The translations under genes and the position numbers were made by a program. This document shows, piece after piece, positions 48,700 to 58,469 of a stretch of 64,000 nucleotides of DNA. The DNA comes from an uncultured beta proteobacterium (GTDB lineage Bacteria > Pseudomonadota > Gammaproteobacteria > Burkholderiales > Casimicrobiaceae), in assembly GCA_963727145.1 (NCBI GenBank), contig CAVSFA010000015.1:82731-146730 (forward strand). The letters run 5' to 3'. The stretch's first letter is position 1; the number at the start of each line of letters is the position of its first letter. The notes beneath the pieces are model-generated. The model worked only from the letters and a program-made list of their open reading frames with translations, did not search any database and had not been told where the DNA came from.

Positions 48700-49395
48700 A
48701 TGAGCACGGAAGGAAGTGTGCTGGTCGCTGGCGTTGGCCCGGGGCTGGGATTGGCCGTGGCCACGCGTTTCGCTCGCGAGGGGTATCGGGTCGCGATGCT
48801 GGCGCGTACGCGGGATCGACTTGCGGCGTTGGTTGGACTCGCTCCGGACCGTTTGGTCGCGATGCCTTGCGACGTTACCAATCCCGCCGGGGTCAGCGCA
48901 GCCTTCGAGGAGACCGAACACCGGCTGGGACCGCTCGCATGCGTCGTATTCAATGCGGGTGCGTATCGACCAGGATCGATCCTCGACATCGCGCCCGATG
49001 ATTTCGAGCATTGCTGGCGAGTCGGCGCGTTTGCTGGCTTCCTCGTCGGGCAGGCGGCGGCGCGGCGAATGGTGGAGCGCGGATCTGGAACGATCCTGTT
49101 TACGGGGGCCACTGCGTCCTTGCGGGGTGGAGCCAACTTCGCCAGCCTCGCGTCACCAAAGTTTGCGCTGCGCGCGGTGGCGCAAAGCATGGCGCGCGAG
49201 CTCGGCCCGCGCGGAATTCACGTCGCTCACGTCATCATCGATGGCCAGATTGGTGAGAGTGCAGACGGCGGTCGCTCGCCCAACAGCCGGCTTGCGCCCG
49301 ATGCGATCGCCGAGGCTTATCTCAATCTCCACCGCCAGCACCGCTCCGCCTGGTCGCAGGAGATCGACCTGCGTCCGTGGGTGGAGCGTTTCTGA
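48700..49395 (+). CDS. short-chain dehydrogenase/reductase (SDR)
   Basis: MSTEGSVLVAGVGPGLGLAVATRFA (Rossmann fold), NAGA motif, 231 aa intact. The ATG at 48700 was verified. Confidence 0.8.
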   Translation: MSTEGSVLVAGVGPGLGLAVATRFAREGYRVAMLARTRDRLAALVGLAPDRLVAMPCDVTNPAGVSAAFEETEHRLGPLACVVFNAGAYRPGSILDIAPDDFEHCWRVGAFAGFLVGQAAARRMVERGSGTILFTGATASLRGGANFASLASPKFALRAVAQSMARELGPRGIHVAHVIIDGQIGESADGGRSPNSRLAPDAIAEAYLNLHRQHRSAWSQEIDLRPWVERF

Positions 49396-49702
49396 GCAGG
49401 TTCGCGGGATCGGGCGAAGTCCGGGGTGTCGAAAGCAATGGCAGCAATGCGAGGTCGCCGACTTGCGCAAGCGCGTAAGTGCGGCCGAGAGCGTACGTGG
49501 TGAGCTGGCGGTTCAGGTCTGTACTGACGGAGTTACTGCAGGAGAAGCAAGTAGCGGCGCAGCGGGACTGACTTAGTATCGTTGCGGCACCGTAGGAACG
49601 CGCCAGGAACAGGCGCGAGCGCTTCCTGCAGCCCGCAGACGGAGCGTAGGCATTGTTCTATCGTGGCAGTGAGATGATCGTCGGCTGACGGAGTCCGGCG
49701 CG

Positions 49703-51659
49703 ATGAAACAGGCGATTCCGAGCGGACTGCTGGTGAATAACAATGCGTTCGATTCGCTCATGGCGCGCCACCTCGACTGCTGGCCGAGCCAGCCCGGTGA
49801 ACCTGATGCCGAGCGGACTGCACGTCAGCACCTACGCGTTCAACCCGGGGATCGGTCAGTACCTGTACTTCTTCACCAACGCCGCGAACAACGGCGCAAC
49901 GAGCAACAGCTGGTCTGCAGCGAGCGGCTCGGGAGGGGGGTTGCTGGGCGCCAGCGGTGCCGCGGGTTTCCTGCCCCTCTGGACCGGTGCGACGACGCTG
50001 GGGAACTCCGCTGTGTCTCAAAACAGCGGCAATGTGGGCATCGGCGTGGCGGGCGCACGTTCAACCAGCTGCAGGTCGGGGATACGCCCGGCTTCTCCGC
50101 CAATCAACTGGCGCTGGGCAACGGTGTCCAGGCCATGTCGTTCGCACTCACGCCCGCCGCATCGATCTGGTATGGCAATACCGCCTTCTCGCTGCAATAG
50201 ACCGTCGGTGACTCGTTCGTGGGCATCGGCGGCAACCCGACGCACAACCTCGATGTGTTGGGCGGCAACGCGCAGATCGGCCTCGTCGATACTGTCAACT
50301 GGGGCTTCAGCGACGATCTCGAAATACACCAACCGCTTGGAGATAAGTCCAGTAGATGCGTTCCAGATATCGGTCGGCGGACTCGCACACCCGCACTTCT
50401 GGATCGGTAGCAACGGCAACGTGGCGTGGGCACGACGTCGCCGGCCAGCAAACTGCAGATCGGTTCCGTCGGCGCGTCGGGCTACGGCGGCGACGACATC
50501 GCGTTCGGGAACGGCACGCAGGCGTCGGGGATCGCGCAGACGGCGAGCGTCGCGCAATGGTATTCGACGACCAATATCGCGCTGATGCCATGCGGCAATG
50601 GCCACGGGCGGGTAGGGATCAACACAACGACGCCCAGGCGCTGTCCACTTGGAGGTTCTGGACTATCGTCACCGGCAACATGCTATTGAGGCTATAACGG
50701 GTTCAACGACCTTGATGGAGTCCAACCTCGACGTCTGCACGATTTGCATCCAGCGCAAGTCTCGATCTGAGCGAGTCGGCAACGTCATGGCGCTCGAATT
50801 TGATGCCCATTCGGACGCCCGCATCAAGGATATCACCGGCATCAGCGACTCGGCCCGCGACCTCGAAACGATCAATGCACTTGAAGTCACCGACTACACG
50901 CTGAAGGACAAGGTCAAGTACGGCAACAAGCCGTTCAAGAAGGTGATCGCGCAGCAGGTCGAGAAGGTCTATCCCCAGGTCGTCTCGCAGCACGTCGACT
51001 TCATCCCCAACGTCTATCGAGCCGCCAGCACGGTCACGAAGACCGCGGCCGGCACGCTGCTGCACTTCGACAATGCACACGGACTGAGCCCCGGTGCCAA
51101 GCGCCTCAAGCTGCTGACGTCCGGCGACCATACGATGCAGCAGGTCGGCATCGTGTCCATTCCATCCGTCCGCGACGTGCTGATCGACGCGCCGCAGCTG
51201 AACGGCGAAAAGGTGTTCGTCTATGGCGAGGAGGTCGACGATTTCCGCACTGTCGACTACGAAGGCCTGACCACGCTCAACATCTCCGCGACACAGGAAA
51301 TCGCGAAGCGGCTTGCAAAGCAGCAGGCGGACCTCGCCGCGCTCGTCTGCGCCAAGGATGCCGAGGTCGCCGAACTGCGTGAACAACTGGCGAAGCAGCA
51401 GGCGCGCGTCGCCGAGCTCGAAAGCCTGGCCGCCGACATGCGCGAGATCCGCGCGCAGGTCGCGGCATTGAAGCGCAATGCCGCGGCCGTCCCAATGGCA
51501 CGACGCTGCACTGCGCCCCTGATGACGTCAAACCGCGCCCCATCGGCGTGGCTGTTGCTGGCGCTCGTCGCTGTGCCGTCCGCCGCGCAGGTGACGGGCG
51601 CGCCCCCGGGCGTGGCTCCCGTGAGCCGCCGATTGCTGATGGTTACTTCGATGGGTTGA
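49703..51659 (+). pseudogene. tail-fibre-like protein with C-terminal peptidase-S74 intramolecular chaperone domain (several frame breaks in the 5' half)
   Basis: Repeated G-N-V-G-I-G type motifs (GNVGIGVAG, FVGIGGNPTHNLDV, GRVGINTTTP). The intact ORF 50649..51659 carries HSDARIKDITGISDSARDLETINALEVTDYTLKD...KKVIAQQVEKVYPQVV (S74 signature) and a coiled coil (AELREQLAKQQARVAELESL). The 5' start is uncertain. Confidence 0.65.
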
Positions 51660-51870
51660 ACGCCGCGCCCTGCGGCCGCCGATAATCCGGCTCCCCGACG
51701 ATTTCCTACTCGGCGCAACGCGCCTCGAGTCCGTAGCGCTCGGCCTTATAGCGCGCCTTCCCCCACGTTGCGCGAGACCGCATCGCGGAACGGAACGGGC
51801 ACAGTGACTACCGGTGTGCCGCGTCGCTTCTGATGTTTGTGGCAGTTCGCCCAGCGAGAGCCGAAGCGTC

Positions 51871-52074
51871 TCACCGCCACATCGCGTAGCTATTGGCTGG
51901 GTCCACGTAGGCAACGGGGGCACAGCCGAAATCGGGATCGCGCGGGACGGTGAAGTAGAAACCACCGGCGGTCTGATACGCACAGGCTTCGACGTCCAGC
52001 GTTGGCTGTCGCGAGAGGAGAACAACCCCAGAGACGATGCCGAAAACGAGCGAGAGCAGCAACAGGAAGCGCAT
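51871..52074 (-). CDS. small exported/membrane protein (hypothetical)
   Basis: 67 aa, MRFLLLLSLVFGIVSGVVLLS signal/TM, two Cys. Weak evidence beyond ORF shape. Confidence 0.3.
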   Translation of the reverse strand: MRFLLLLSLVFGIVSGVVLLSRQPTLDVEACAYQTAGGFYFTVPRDPDFGCAPVAYVDPANSYAMWR

Positions 52075-52403
52075 CCCAATCTCCCATCTGCACCGCAGAA
52101 TCGCGCTTTTTTTGACACTACTCTGGAGCTGGATGGGCGGCTTTGATCGCGGGCAACTTCGACCCGAAAAGGATTTCCCACTAAATCGCGCAAGTATTCA
52201 GGCGAGCGGGTGATGCCCGTCGGCGACCTAGTGCGCCCTCATCGAATTTGCGCGACACAGGATCGGGGAAACGGAAGGGCTAGCCAGATCACGACCATCG
52301 GTGCGACACAGGGCCGCTACTGCAATCAGCACGCGCCAAAGACAGAATCGACGTGGTAGGAGCGGCACAGATAGGGGGTGGGCATCGGCTTTGACGGGAT
52401 GCG

Positions 52404-52446
52404 TGGTGCCGGCAGTAGGAATCGAACCCACGACCAACTGTTTACA
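52404..52446 (-). other. tRNA 3'-half remnant (anticodon loop to CCA), putative island attachment-site repeat
   Basis: The minus strand reads TGTAA-ACAGT-TGGTC-GTGGG-TTCGATT-CCTAC-TGCCGGC-A-CCA, that is anticodon-loop 3' part, stem, variable loop, T-arm, acceptor 3' strand and CCA. No matching 5' acceptor strand (GCCGGCA) or D-arm lies upstream. Retained TGTAA suggests a tRNA-Thr(UGU)-like origin (inference). Confidence 0.65.
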
Positions 52447-52607
52447 GATTTGTACCGCGGTTACGGACCCTTTCTAAATCAAGCTCTTGCAACACACGCC
52501 AAGTTTCAAGAGCAGCCGTACACAGCCTAGAACGAACCGTACGCAGGCAAAGCAAGTTACGCAATGGCTACGCTGCCCTTTCCGGGACTGCGTCCTTGTC
52601 GAGCTGG

Positions 52608-52949
52608 TCAGGTGAAAACGATCGACAGGCGGCCGTCCTTCCGGGAACGGGGTGTCGCCTTCACGACGATCTGTACGTCGCGTCCGAGCTTCGTGAGACA
52701 GTCCATCAAGCGGCGCTCGGAAAAACCACGGAACTGCCCGCGCAGCAGGTTGGAAAGCTTAGGCTGCGGCATCCCCAGCAATTCCGCGGCTTGGGTCTGG
52801 GTGAGGCCCTTCCGTTTGATGATCTCCGCAATCTTGGCCACGAGTTGGGCTTTGATCAGCATCTCGTCGGCATCGGCGTAACCGAGATCGGCGTAGACGT
52901 TGCTGGTCCCAATCTCTACGTCAATACCTTGCACCTTACGCTTGCTCAT
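52608..52949 (-). CDS. XRE-family HTH antitoxin (HigA-like)
   Basis: MSKRKVQGIDVEIGTSNVYADLGYADADEMLIKAQLVAKIAEIIKRKGLTQTQAAELLGMPQPKLSNLLRG. The ATG at 52949 overlaps the toxin stop (ATGA). Confidence 0.8.
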   Translation of the reverse strand: MSKRKVQGIDVEIGTSNVYADLGYADADEMLIKAQLVAKIAEIIKRKGLTQTQAAELLGMPQPKLSNLLRGQFRGFSERRLMDCLTKLGRDVQIVVKATPRSRKDGRLSIVFT

Positions 52950-53321
52950 CTTGATAACTCCTTCACGACCTGCTCGGCCGTCTTCAGTCGCTCTCTGATC
53001 AATTCCATATCCTGTTTGGGTATGGCGATTCCACTCTTCGCCTTCTTCTGAAACACGTGCAGCACGTACACCGCAGCAACGAAAGCGCACGGTACAAACA
53101 GCGCGGTACGCGTTTCCACGCCAGTCTTCGACGATCTCCAGGACGCCTGCTGACCCAAAGCCGTGGAGTGGCTTGGCCTGTTCGTGCTTCTTACCGGTCT
53201 GGGCGAGGTGCAGGGCATACCCGAACGTATCGATCACTTCCTCCGGCAACGCCATCAAATCCTTCTTTGTGCTGGCAAGCCATACCAGCGGCTTGGGCTC
53301 AGGAGGGGATTCCTTCGGCAT
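52946..53321 (-). pseudogene. RelE/HigB-type toxin of the phage Gp49-like (DUF891) family, one frame break at about 53082-53084
   Basis: LVWLASTKKDLMALPEEVIDTFGYALHLAQTGKKHEQAKPLHGFGSAGVLEIVEDWRGNAYRAV.TVRF, then AVYVLHVFQKKAKSGIAIPKQDMELIRERLKTAEQ in ORF 52946..53218. Removing one T from a TTT run restores VRFVAAVYVLH. Confidence 0.75.
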
Positions 53322-53973
53322 GACGTATTATACCCATATAGATATAATTGTCCCGCGAACGTTCAACATGTGTGAATTCTGCACAGCCGAGCCGTCCGCG
53401 AGTTTTTCCAAAGGAAGCAGCCCGCTATGCTCAAGATTGAACTGCACAATCATGGCACCAACGGGGATCCGGCGCCTTGCTTCGCTACCAGCGCCGAAAT
53501 TGAGATCGCGGAACAGTTGCGACATCGACTCGAGGAACGCTGGCGTCATCCGCACCGCCTCCGCCTTTGCCGGCACCTGGGAGTGACGGCCGCTGAGGGG
53601 AGCGCCTGTCCCCGGCAAATGTTATCGGCAGGGACTAACAGTTATGAACGAACGCGCTCCAACCCGACGAGTCGGCGCTACGGTGATGACGAGTAAAGCG
53701 CGGCCACATTTCAGAGCATTGCCATACCCAACGAGCTCGACAGGGCCGAGCGGCAGGCTACGACGGAGCAATTCGCCTCGGCAGCGAGAATAGCTGCACG
53801 GACGGTCTCAATAGCGCGCAGCAGGTCGCGGTGGCGGGCGTCCGCTTAATGGAAGATTGGCGGCCAAGTTCAACCGGCGGCTCATGACCGATCAGCGACC
53901 GTCGAGGCCGCGCCCGGCGCGGCCGATTATTCGAAGGCCGACTGATATGAGTCCCGCCGACTTTTGACGCGTT

Positions 53974-55137
53974 CTACCGCCCAGCGAGTGACCCCTTCCA
54001 GTCGCGGAACACGTCGATGTCCATTCCGTCCGGGAAAAATAGATACCCGGGTGCGTGCCCCGGCGTGTCGGTCACGCCGTATTGCCAGACGATTTCCTTC
54101 GTGGCGCGGTCGATGACTAGCACGCGATGTCGCTGATCGTCGTTCAGGACGACGTTCCCGTTCGGAAGTTCCAGCGCGAGGGAGGGATGGTCAAGCATCT
54201 TCTCGCCGCTCTTCTCAAAGTATTCCCATGAAATCTTGCCGGACATCGGATCGAAGATGACAACCCGCCCAGGTTTCGAGAAATCGGCCACGATCACCTG
54301 ACCATCGCGAGTCGGAAACGCATCGGACGGATAGCGGACGTGCGGCGCTCGGATGCTCCAAATCAACTTGCCATCCCGGGCGATGCGTGAAATCCACGCA
54401 TTCGAGATCTCCGTCACAAGAATATCGCCGTTGTCGAGTGGCGTCGTGCCATTGGGGTAAGCGAGATAACGCGGCGGATCGTGCTTGCACGTGCCTTCCT
54501 TGCCCCATTGCCCGATAACGGAGGAGGTTGTGGGATCAATGAACTGGACCCGGCAGTTGCGGATGTCGGCGACGACCACTTTGCCGTCAGCCATCAAGTG
54601 CGCGTCATCGGGGTAGTTGAAGTAGCCGGGCTTGCTGCCCTTCGTGTCGGAGGCCCCGACCGTCCAAGTGAGCTGGCGCGTGTTGTAGTCAATGATGTGA
54701 ATGTCGTAGTTGTCTTCTTCATTGACGACGAGCTGCGTGCCGTCCCGCGAAAAGAACACATCATCGTTGCCGCGATAGATCTTGAGATTCGGCGACGGAA
54801 ATTCCCAGACGATGCGCTTGTCCGGCGCGACTTCGATGAGGCGGTTGTTGCGCCGGTCGGCGATGACGATTGGGTACGGCAACGGCGTCCCCCACGATGG
54901 TGCCGGCTTCTCGCGCGTACCGGTGACCGGCGGGATCGGCGGAAGCGTGACGCCGCTGGAAACCGCGCCCGCGCCGATCATTTCCGGGGTTACCTTGACC
55001 GCCTGGACGTCGCTCTTCTCTTTCTTCGGCCCGGCCGGCTGCGCCGATCCTGCGAGCCCAAGTCCGACCAGCCCTGCGGCCGCGAGCACCAAGGTCCACA
55101 GCGCCGCGGCATGCCTTGCGCAATTCCGAATAGCCAT
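53974..55137 (-). CDS. secreted beta-propeller repeat protein (unknown function)
   Basis: GAGGAG RBS before the ATG at 55137. Signal/TM AALWTLVLAAAGLVGLGLAGS. Six to seven ~50-aa repeats of the type N.R(V/L)..(I/V)D....(I/V)W.(Y/F). GC is clearly lower than in the core genome. Confidence 0.7.
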   Translation of the reverse strand: MAIRNCARHAAALWTLVLAAAGLVGLGLAGSAQPAGPKKEKSDVQAVKVTPEMIGAGAVSSGVTLPPIPPVTGTREKPAPSWGTPLPYPIVIADRRNNRLIEVAPDKRIVWEFPSPNLKIYRGNDDVFFSRDGTQLVVNEEDNYDIHIIDYNTRQLTWTVGASDTKGSKPGYFNYPDDAHLMADGKVVVADIRNCRVQFIDPTTSSVIGQWGKEGTCKHDPPRYLAYPNGTTPLDNGDILVTEISNAWISRIARDGKLIWSIRAPHVRYPSDAFPTRDGQVIVADFSKPGRVVIFDPMSGKISWEYFEKSGEKMLDHPSLALELPNGNVVLNDDQRHRVLVIDRATKEIVWQYGVTDTPGHAPGYLFFPDGMDIDVFRDWKGSLAGR

Positions 55138-55702
55138 CAGTTCTCCTCGCGCCACGAAACGGCCCAACATATCCGACGCAAGCGGAGGCTGATTCGATTC
55201 AGGTCAAGGTCGAGCGGAAATATCGACTCAACTGCGGCCAGGTCAACGTCGGCCGCGTTGACCAATCGCCTGCTCCGTCTGTCGCTAACATCCATGCGGC
55301 TGGCTCGTCCGAAGGGACCGCTTACGGGCAAAAGCCCTTTGACTGTTTCTGGCCGCACTCGGCCGGTCGAGCCGGAGCGCCGGACGGTGGGTTCCCTTCG
55401 CGCGGCTCGCGGGCTCACAAGCACGCGGAAGCGTAGAGGTACTCCGGCAGAGCGTGCGACGAGCCTGAGCCGGGCGCTGGCGAAAGGCAGAAGACCCCCT
55501 GCTGAAAGGGCCGGGCGTCGTACTTTGTACGGCGACCGAATTCTTCGACCCCGTCCAAGGTCTCCGTACTTCGCACGACGAACGACGACGGAAAGGGCTG
55601 CGCGCCGTCATATCGACCGGCCGAAACGGGGCCAGGAGCGGCCGCGCAACGGGCACGGGCCGACCTTTCCCCAGCATCGTGGCCCAACGCGCGGCGCGCC
55701 GC

Positions 55703-56497
55703 CTACTTCGTTGCGCCCCAGCCTTTGCGCAGCTGCTTGCCGATCGCGAGCATGAACCGAAGCGTGTCCTGAGTCTCGGGATCGCGCATCAGATGCCAGA
55801 GCCCACCGATTCCGCCAGCCGACGGGGGGGCCGCGCGGCTCGCGGTCGCTGCGGAGTCGATCGACTGCAGGACCTCCTGCACGGTCGCGAGCCGGTCGGC
55901 AAGTTGCGGCAGCATCGTCGCCAGCCGCTCGAGTGCCCCGCTTTCCTGCAACCCTTCGAGCATCTTGACGACGTGTTCGGCGCCGCCGCGGCTGAAACGG
56001 TCGAGCAGCGATAGCCCGTTGCCGACCGTGTCGACGAGGCGGCTCACCATCTCGTCAGTCAGCGCGTCCTCGGCTGAGCCGTAGACGCGCACCAGCTTGA
56101 CCAGCCGGTTGAGGTCGCCATTGTTGACCATCTCCGCCAGGGCGGGGATCGCGCGATCGAGCCCGGCGCGATTCACCTGGTCGAGCAGGGCGAGGCCTTC
56201 GCCGATCGCCTGGCTCAACCGCGTGACCATCTCGTCGGTCAGCGCATCCTGGGCGGAACTGTACAGCCTGGCGATCTGCGAAAGCCGCTCGATGTCTCCG
56301 TTGTTGACCATCTGGGCCACTGCCGGAATAGCCCGTGCGAGCCCGGCACGATTCACCTGGTCCATCAACTCGACGGCGTCGCCCGCGGTCGTCGCGAGGC
56401 GCGTCACCATCTCGTCGGTGAGCGCATCGCGCGCCGCCGAGATCACCCGTTCGACCTCGACGTTTACGGCCCCGGCTTCCTCCGACTGTCCGTTCAT
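55703..56497 (-). CDS. DUF1641-type protein with a three-fold internal repeat
   Basis: AGGAG RBS before the ATG at 56497. Three ~60-aa repeats A.DALTDEMV(T/S)RL....G....L(M/L)D...R(A/G)G.... C-terminal GGLWHLMRDPETQDTLRFMLAIGKQL is typical of DUF1641 proteins found next to NADH-dehydrogenase/SQR-like flavoproteins. Confidence 0.7.
   Translation of the reverse strand: MNGQSEEAGAVNVEVERVISAARDALTDEMVTRLATTAGDAVELMDQVNRAGLARAIPAVAQMVNNGDIERLSQIARLYSSAQDALTDEMVTRLSQAIGEGLALLDQVNRAGLDRAIPALAEMVNNGDLNRLVKLVRVYGSAEDALTDEMVSRLVDTVGNGLSLLDRFSRGGAEHVVKMLEGLQESGALERLATMLPQLADRLATVQEVLQSIDSAATASRAAPPSAGGIGGLWHLMRDPETQDTLRFMLAIGKQLRKGWGATK
56046..56470. repeat. tandem 180-bp repeat (about 2.4-3 copies) inside the DUF1641 gene
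   Basis: The string ACCATCTCGTC recurs at 56046, 56226 and 56406 (period exactly 180 nt) with extended similarity around each copy. Confidence 0.8.
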
Positions 56498-56508
56498 GTT
56501 CGGCTCCT

Positions 56509-57643
56509 TCAGAGCAGCCCGCGTGCCGACACCCAGTAAAGCTTGTTGTATGCCATCTTGAACCAATGCACGGCCTTGGTTGGCGGCTTCGGATCAGGCG
56601 GATTGAGATAATCGAACATCGCGTAGGTCGCGCGGTCTTTGCCGGCTTCGATGAAGCAGAAGACCTTGCCGTCGTAATCGCGAACCGGTGCGCCCAGCTT
56701 GACCATTGCCGCGATGTTCTCGCCCGAGCGCCTCGGCCTCGAAGTGGGCAGTCGAGCCGGCCTTGCTGATCGGGAGGTTGGTCGTGTCGCCGAGCGCAAA
56801 GACGTTCTTGCGGCCTTCCATGTTGAGCTGGTGCCGGTGCGTGGGGATCCAGCCGCCCGCGCCTAGCTTGTTCTTCTCGATCACCTCCATGCCCCGGTGG
56901 GTCGGGATCGAGATCAGCAGGTCGTAGGGCGTCTCGCCGCCCTCTTCGCTCTTCACCACCTTCGCCTTGCCATCGACCTCCTTCAGGTTGAACAGCGTTT
57001 CGTAGCTAATGCCGAGGCGATCGAACTCGGGCGCCGCCCACTTGGCAACGTTTTCCAGCGTGTGGACGCGCCCGATGGGATAGGTGTAGTGCAGTTGAAC
57101 CTTGTCGCGGATGCCGCGATCCTTGAAGTAGTCATGCAGCATGAACGTGATCTCCAGCGGCGCCATCGGGCACTTGTGCGGGACGCCCATGGCGATCACG
57201 ACGCGCCCGCCCTGGAACGCCTGCAGCCGCCGGAACATCTTGACCGCCGTCTCCTCGGTGTAGAACGTCTCCGAGTTCTCGGCGAGGCCCGGAATGAGTT
57301 CCGGCACCGGCCGCGACCCGGTCGCGATCGCGAGAATGTCGTAGTCGAAGGTCTTCCCGCTCTTTGTCTTGACGCGATTCTGGTCGAGCAGAAACTCCTC
57401 GACCGGATCAACGACGAGCGTGATGCCCGGTTCGAGCAACGTCGCCTGGTCCTTGTACAGCTCGTCGGGCGTCATGCGACCGAACGCGAGATACAGGAGC
57501 CCGGGCTGGTACATGTGCTTCTCGGAGGCGGTCACCATCGTGAGCTTGGCCTTGCCGGACTTGAGCTCGGGCTGGAGCCTGCGAGCGAGGTTGTTGGCGA
57601 GAATCGTTCCACCCATTCCACCGCCGATGATCAGGATCTTCAT
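56509..57643 (-). pseudogene. sulfide:quinone oxidoreductase-like FAD-dependent oxidoreductase, one frame break at about 56723-56725
   Basis: GAGGAG RBS. MKILIIGGGMGGTILANNLA (FAD fold), PHKCPMAPLEITFML and ALGDTTNLPISKAGSTAHFEAE. The C-terminus ENIAAMVKLGAPVRDYDGKVFCFIEAGKDRATYAMFDY is in ORF 56509..56799. An extra base in a CCC/GGG run explains the break. Confidence 0.75.
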
Positions 57644-57680
57644 TGCGTCTCCTCTCGTCAACCCATTCGAATGAACGTCG

Positions 57681-57911
57681 TCACTTCGTCTTCTTGACCG
57701 TGATGTGCCAGACGCCGGCTTCCTCGCGCGTGCCGAGGAATTCGTGGCCGACCTTCTTGATCCATTCCGGAATATCGTTGGCCGAACCTTTGTCGGTCGA
57801 CAACACTTCGAGCTCGTCGCCGACCTGCGCCATCTTCATCCAGCCGATCAATTCCATCAGCGGACCGGGACAGAAGCTATCCCGGGCGTCAATCAGTTTT
57901 CTCTCGGACAT
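57681..57911 (-). CDS. tusA: TusA/SirA-family sulfur carrier protein
   Basis: 76 aa, MSERKLIDARDSFCPGPLMEL, with the conserved C-P-x-P active-site motif. The ATG at 57911 was verified. Confidence 0.85.
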   Translation of the reverse strand: MSERKLIDARDSFCPGPLMELIGWMKMAQVGDELEVLSTDKGSANDIPEWIKKVGHEFLGTREEAGVWHITVKKTK

Positions 57912-57937
57912 TGCCAATCCCGCCTTTCCCGCCAGCG

Positions 57938-58333
57938 TTAGAACGACCAGACCTGCGCGTCCCGCGCATCGTCCAGGAACTTCGTCAGACCGAGCGGTTC
58001 GCTGAGGTAGGGTTCCAACCCCTCGCGCTCGACACCCATGACGTCCATCGCCATCGAACACGGGAAGACTCTTGCGCCTCCCAGGTCCACCGCCTGCTGG
58101 AACAGCGTACGGAATGCCGGAACCTTCTTGTCCGCCATCTGAGCGCCAAACGAGCCTTCCGGCGGTGCGTTCACCGTGCTCCCCTTCACAAAGTACGCCA
58201 GCGCGTTCATCGACAGGAACACGCTCACCTCGTTGCCGCTCACCGCCCCTACCGACGCCAGCATCGCAGCCATCTGCAGGCGCTCGTGCGCCCCCGATAC
58301 GACGATGATGCTGATCTTGTTGGAGCCCATCAC
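57938..58333 (-). CDS. DsrE/DsrF/DrsH-like (DsrE3-type) sulfur-relay protein
   Basis: 131 aa, KISIIVVSGAHERLQMAAMLAS...VFPCSMAMDVMG. This is the DsrE3-like Cys motif and fold pattern. Confidence 0.75.
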   Translation of the reverse strand: MMGSNKISIIVVSGAHERLQMAAMLASVGAVSGNEVSVFLSMNALAYFVKGSTVNAPPEGSFGAQMADKKVPAFRTLFQQAVDLGGARVFPCSMAMDVMGVEREGLEPYLSEPLGLTKFLDDARDAQVWSF

Positions 58334-58469
58334 GACCTCTTCATGATCTAGATCGAAACCTGACCAAATTTGCCGCCCGAATCGCGTGGACCTGACCGCG
58401 GCCGGGAGGGGTCGTCGTTGTACGCCCGGATTCGTGCGCTGCCGAAAGACACCACGGCGACAGCAGAAA

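Noticed and set aside
51690-51875. Short minus-strand ORF ending …RWANCHKHQKRRGTPVVTVPVPFRDAVSRNVGEGAL* as a possible HNH-nuclease remnant
   Set aside because: It covers only about 45 codons, has no clear start, and a single C-H-x-H-like string is insufficient evidence.
52404-52500. A complete tRNA gene on the minus strand
   Set aside because: The T-arm, 3' acceptor strand and CCA are perfect. However, no 5' acceptor strand (GCCGGCA) or D-arm is present, and the 5 nt preceding the loop cannot pair with the 3' anticodon stem. It is treated as a 3'-half remnant.
52608-53321. 237-aa ORF as a single fused toxin-antitoxin protein
   Set aside because: The middle section (RCCGVRAARVSEEGEEW…) is out-of-frame toxin sequence. 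The proper toxin C-terminus is in ORF 52946..53218, and the antitoxin has its own ATG at 52949 overlapping the toxin stop.
53330-53970. ORFs 53427..53696 (+) and 53328..53618 (-) and a short minus-strand ORF near 53700-53890
   Set aside because: These ORFs overlap each other. They have no RBS-supported start that I could verify and no motifs. The region may be non-coding island DNA or hold small unknown genes.
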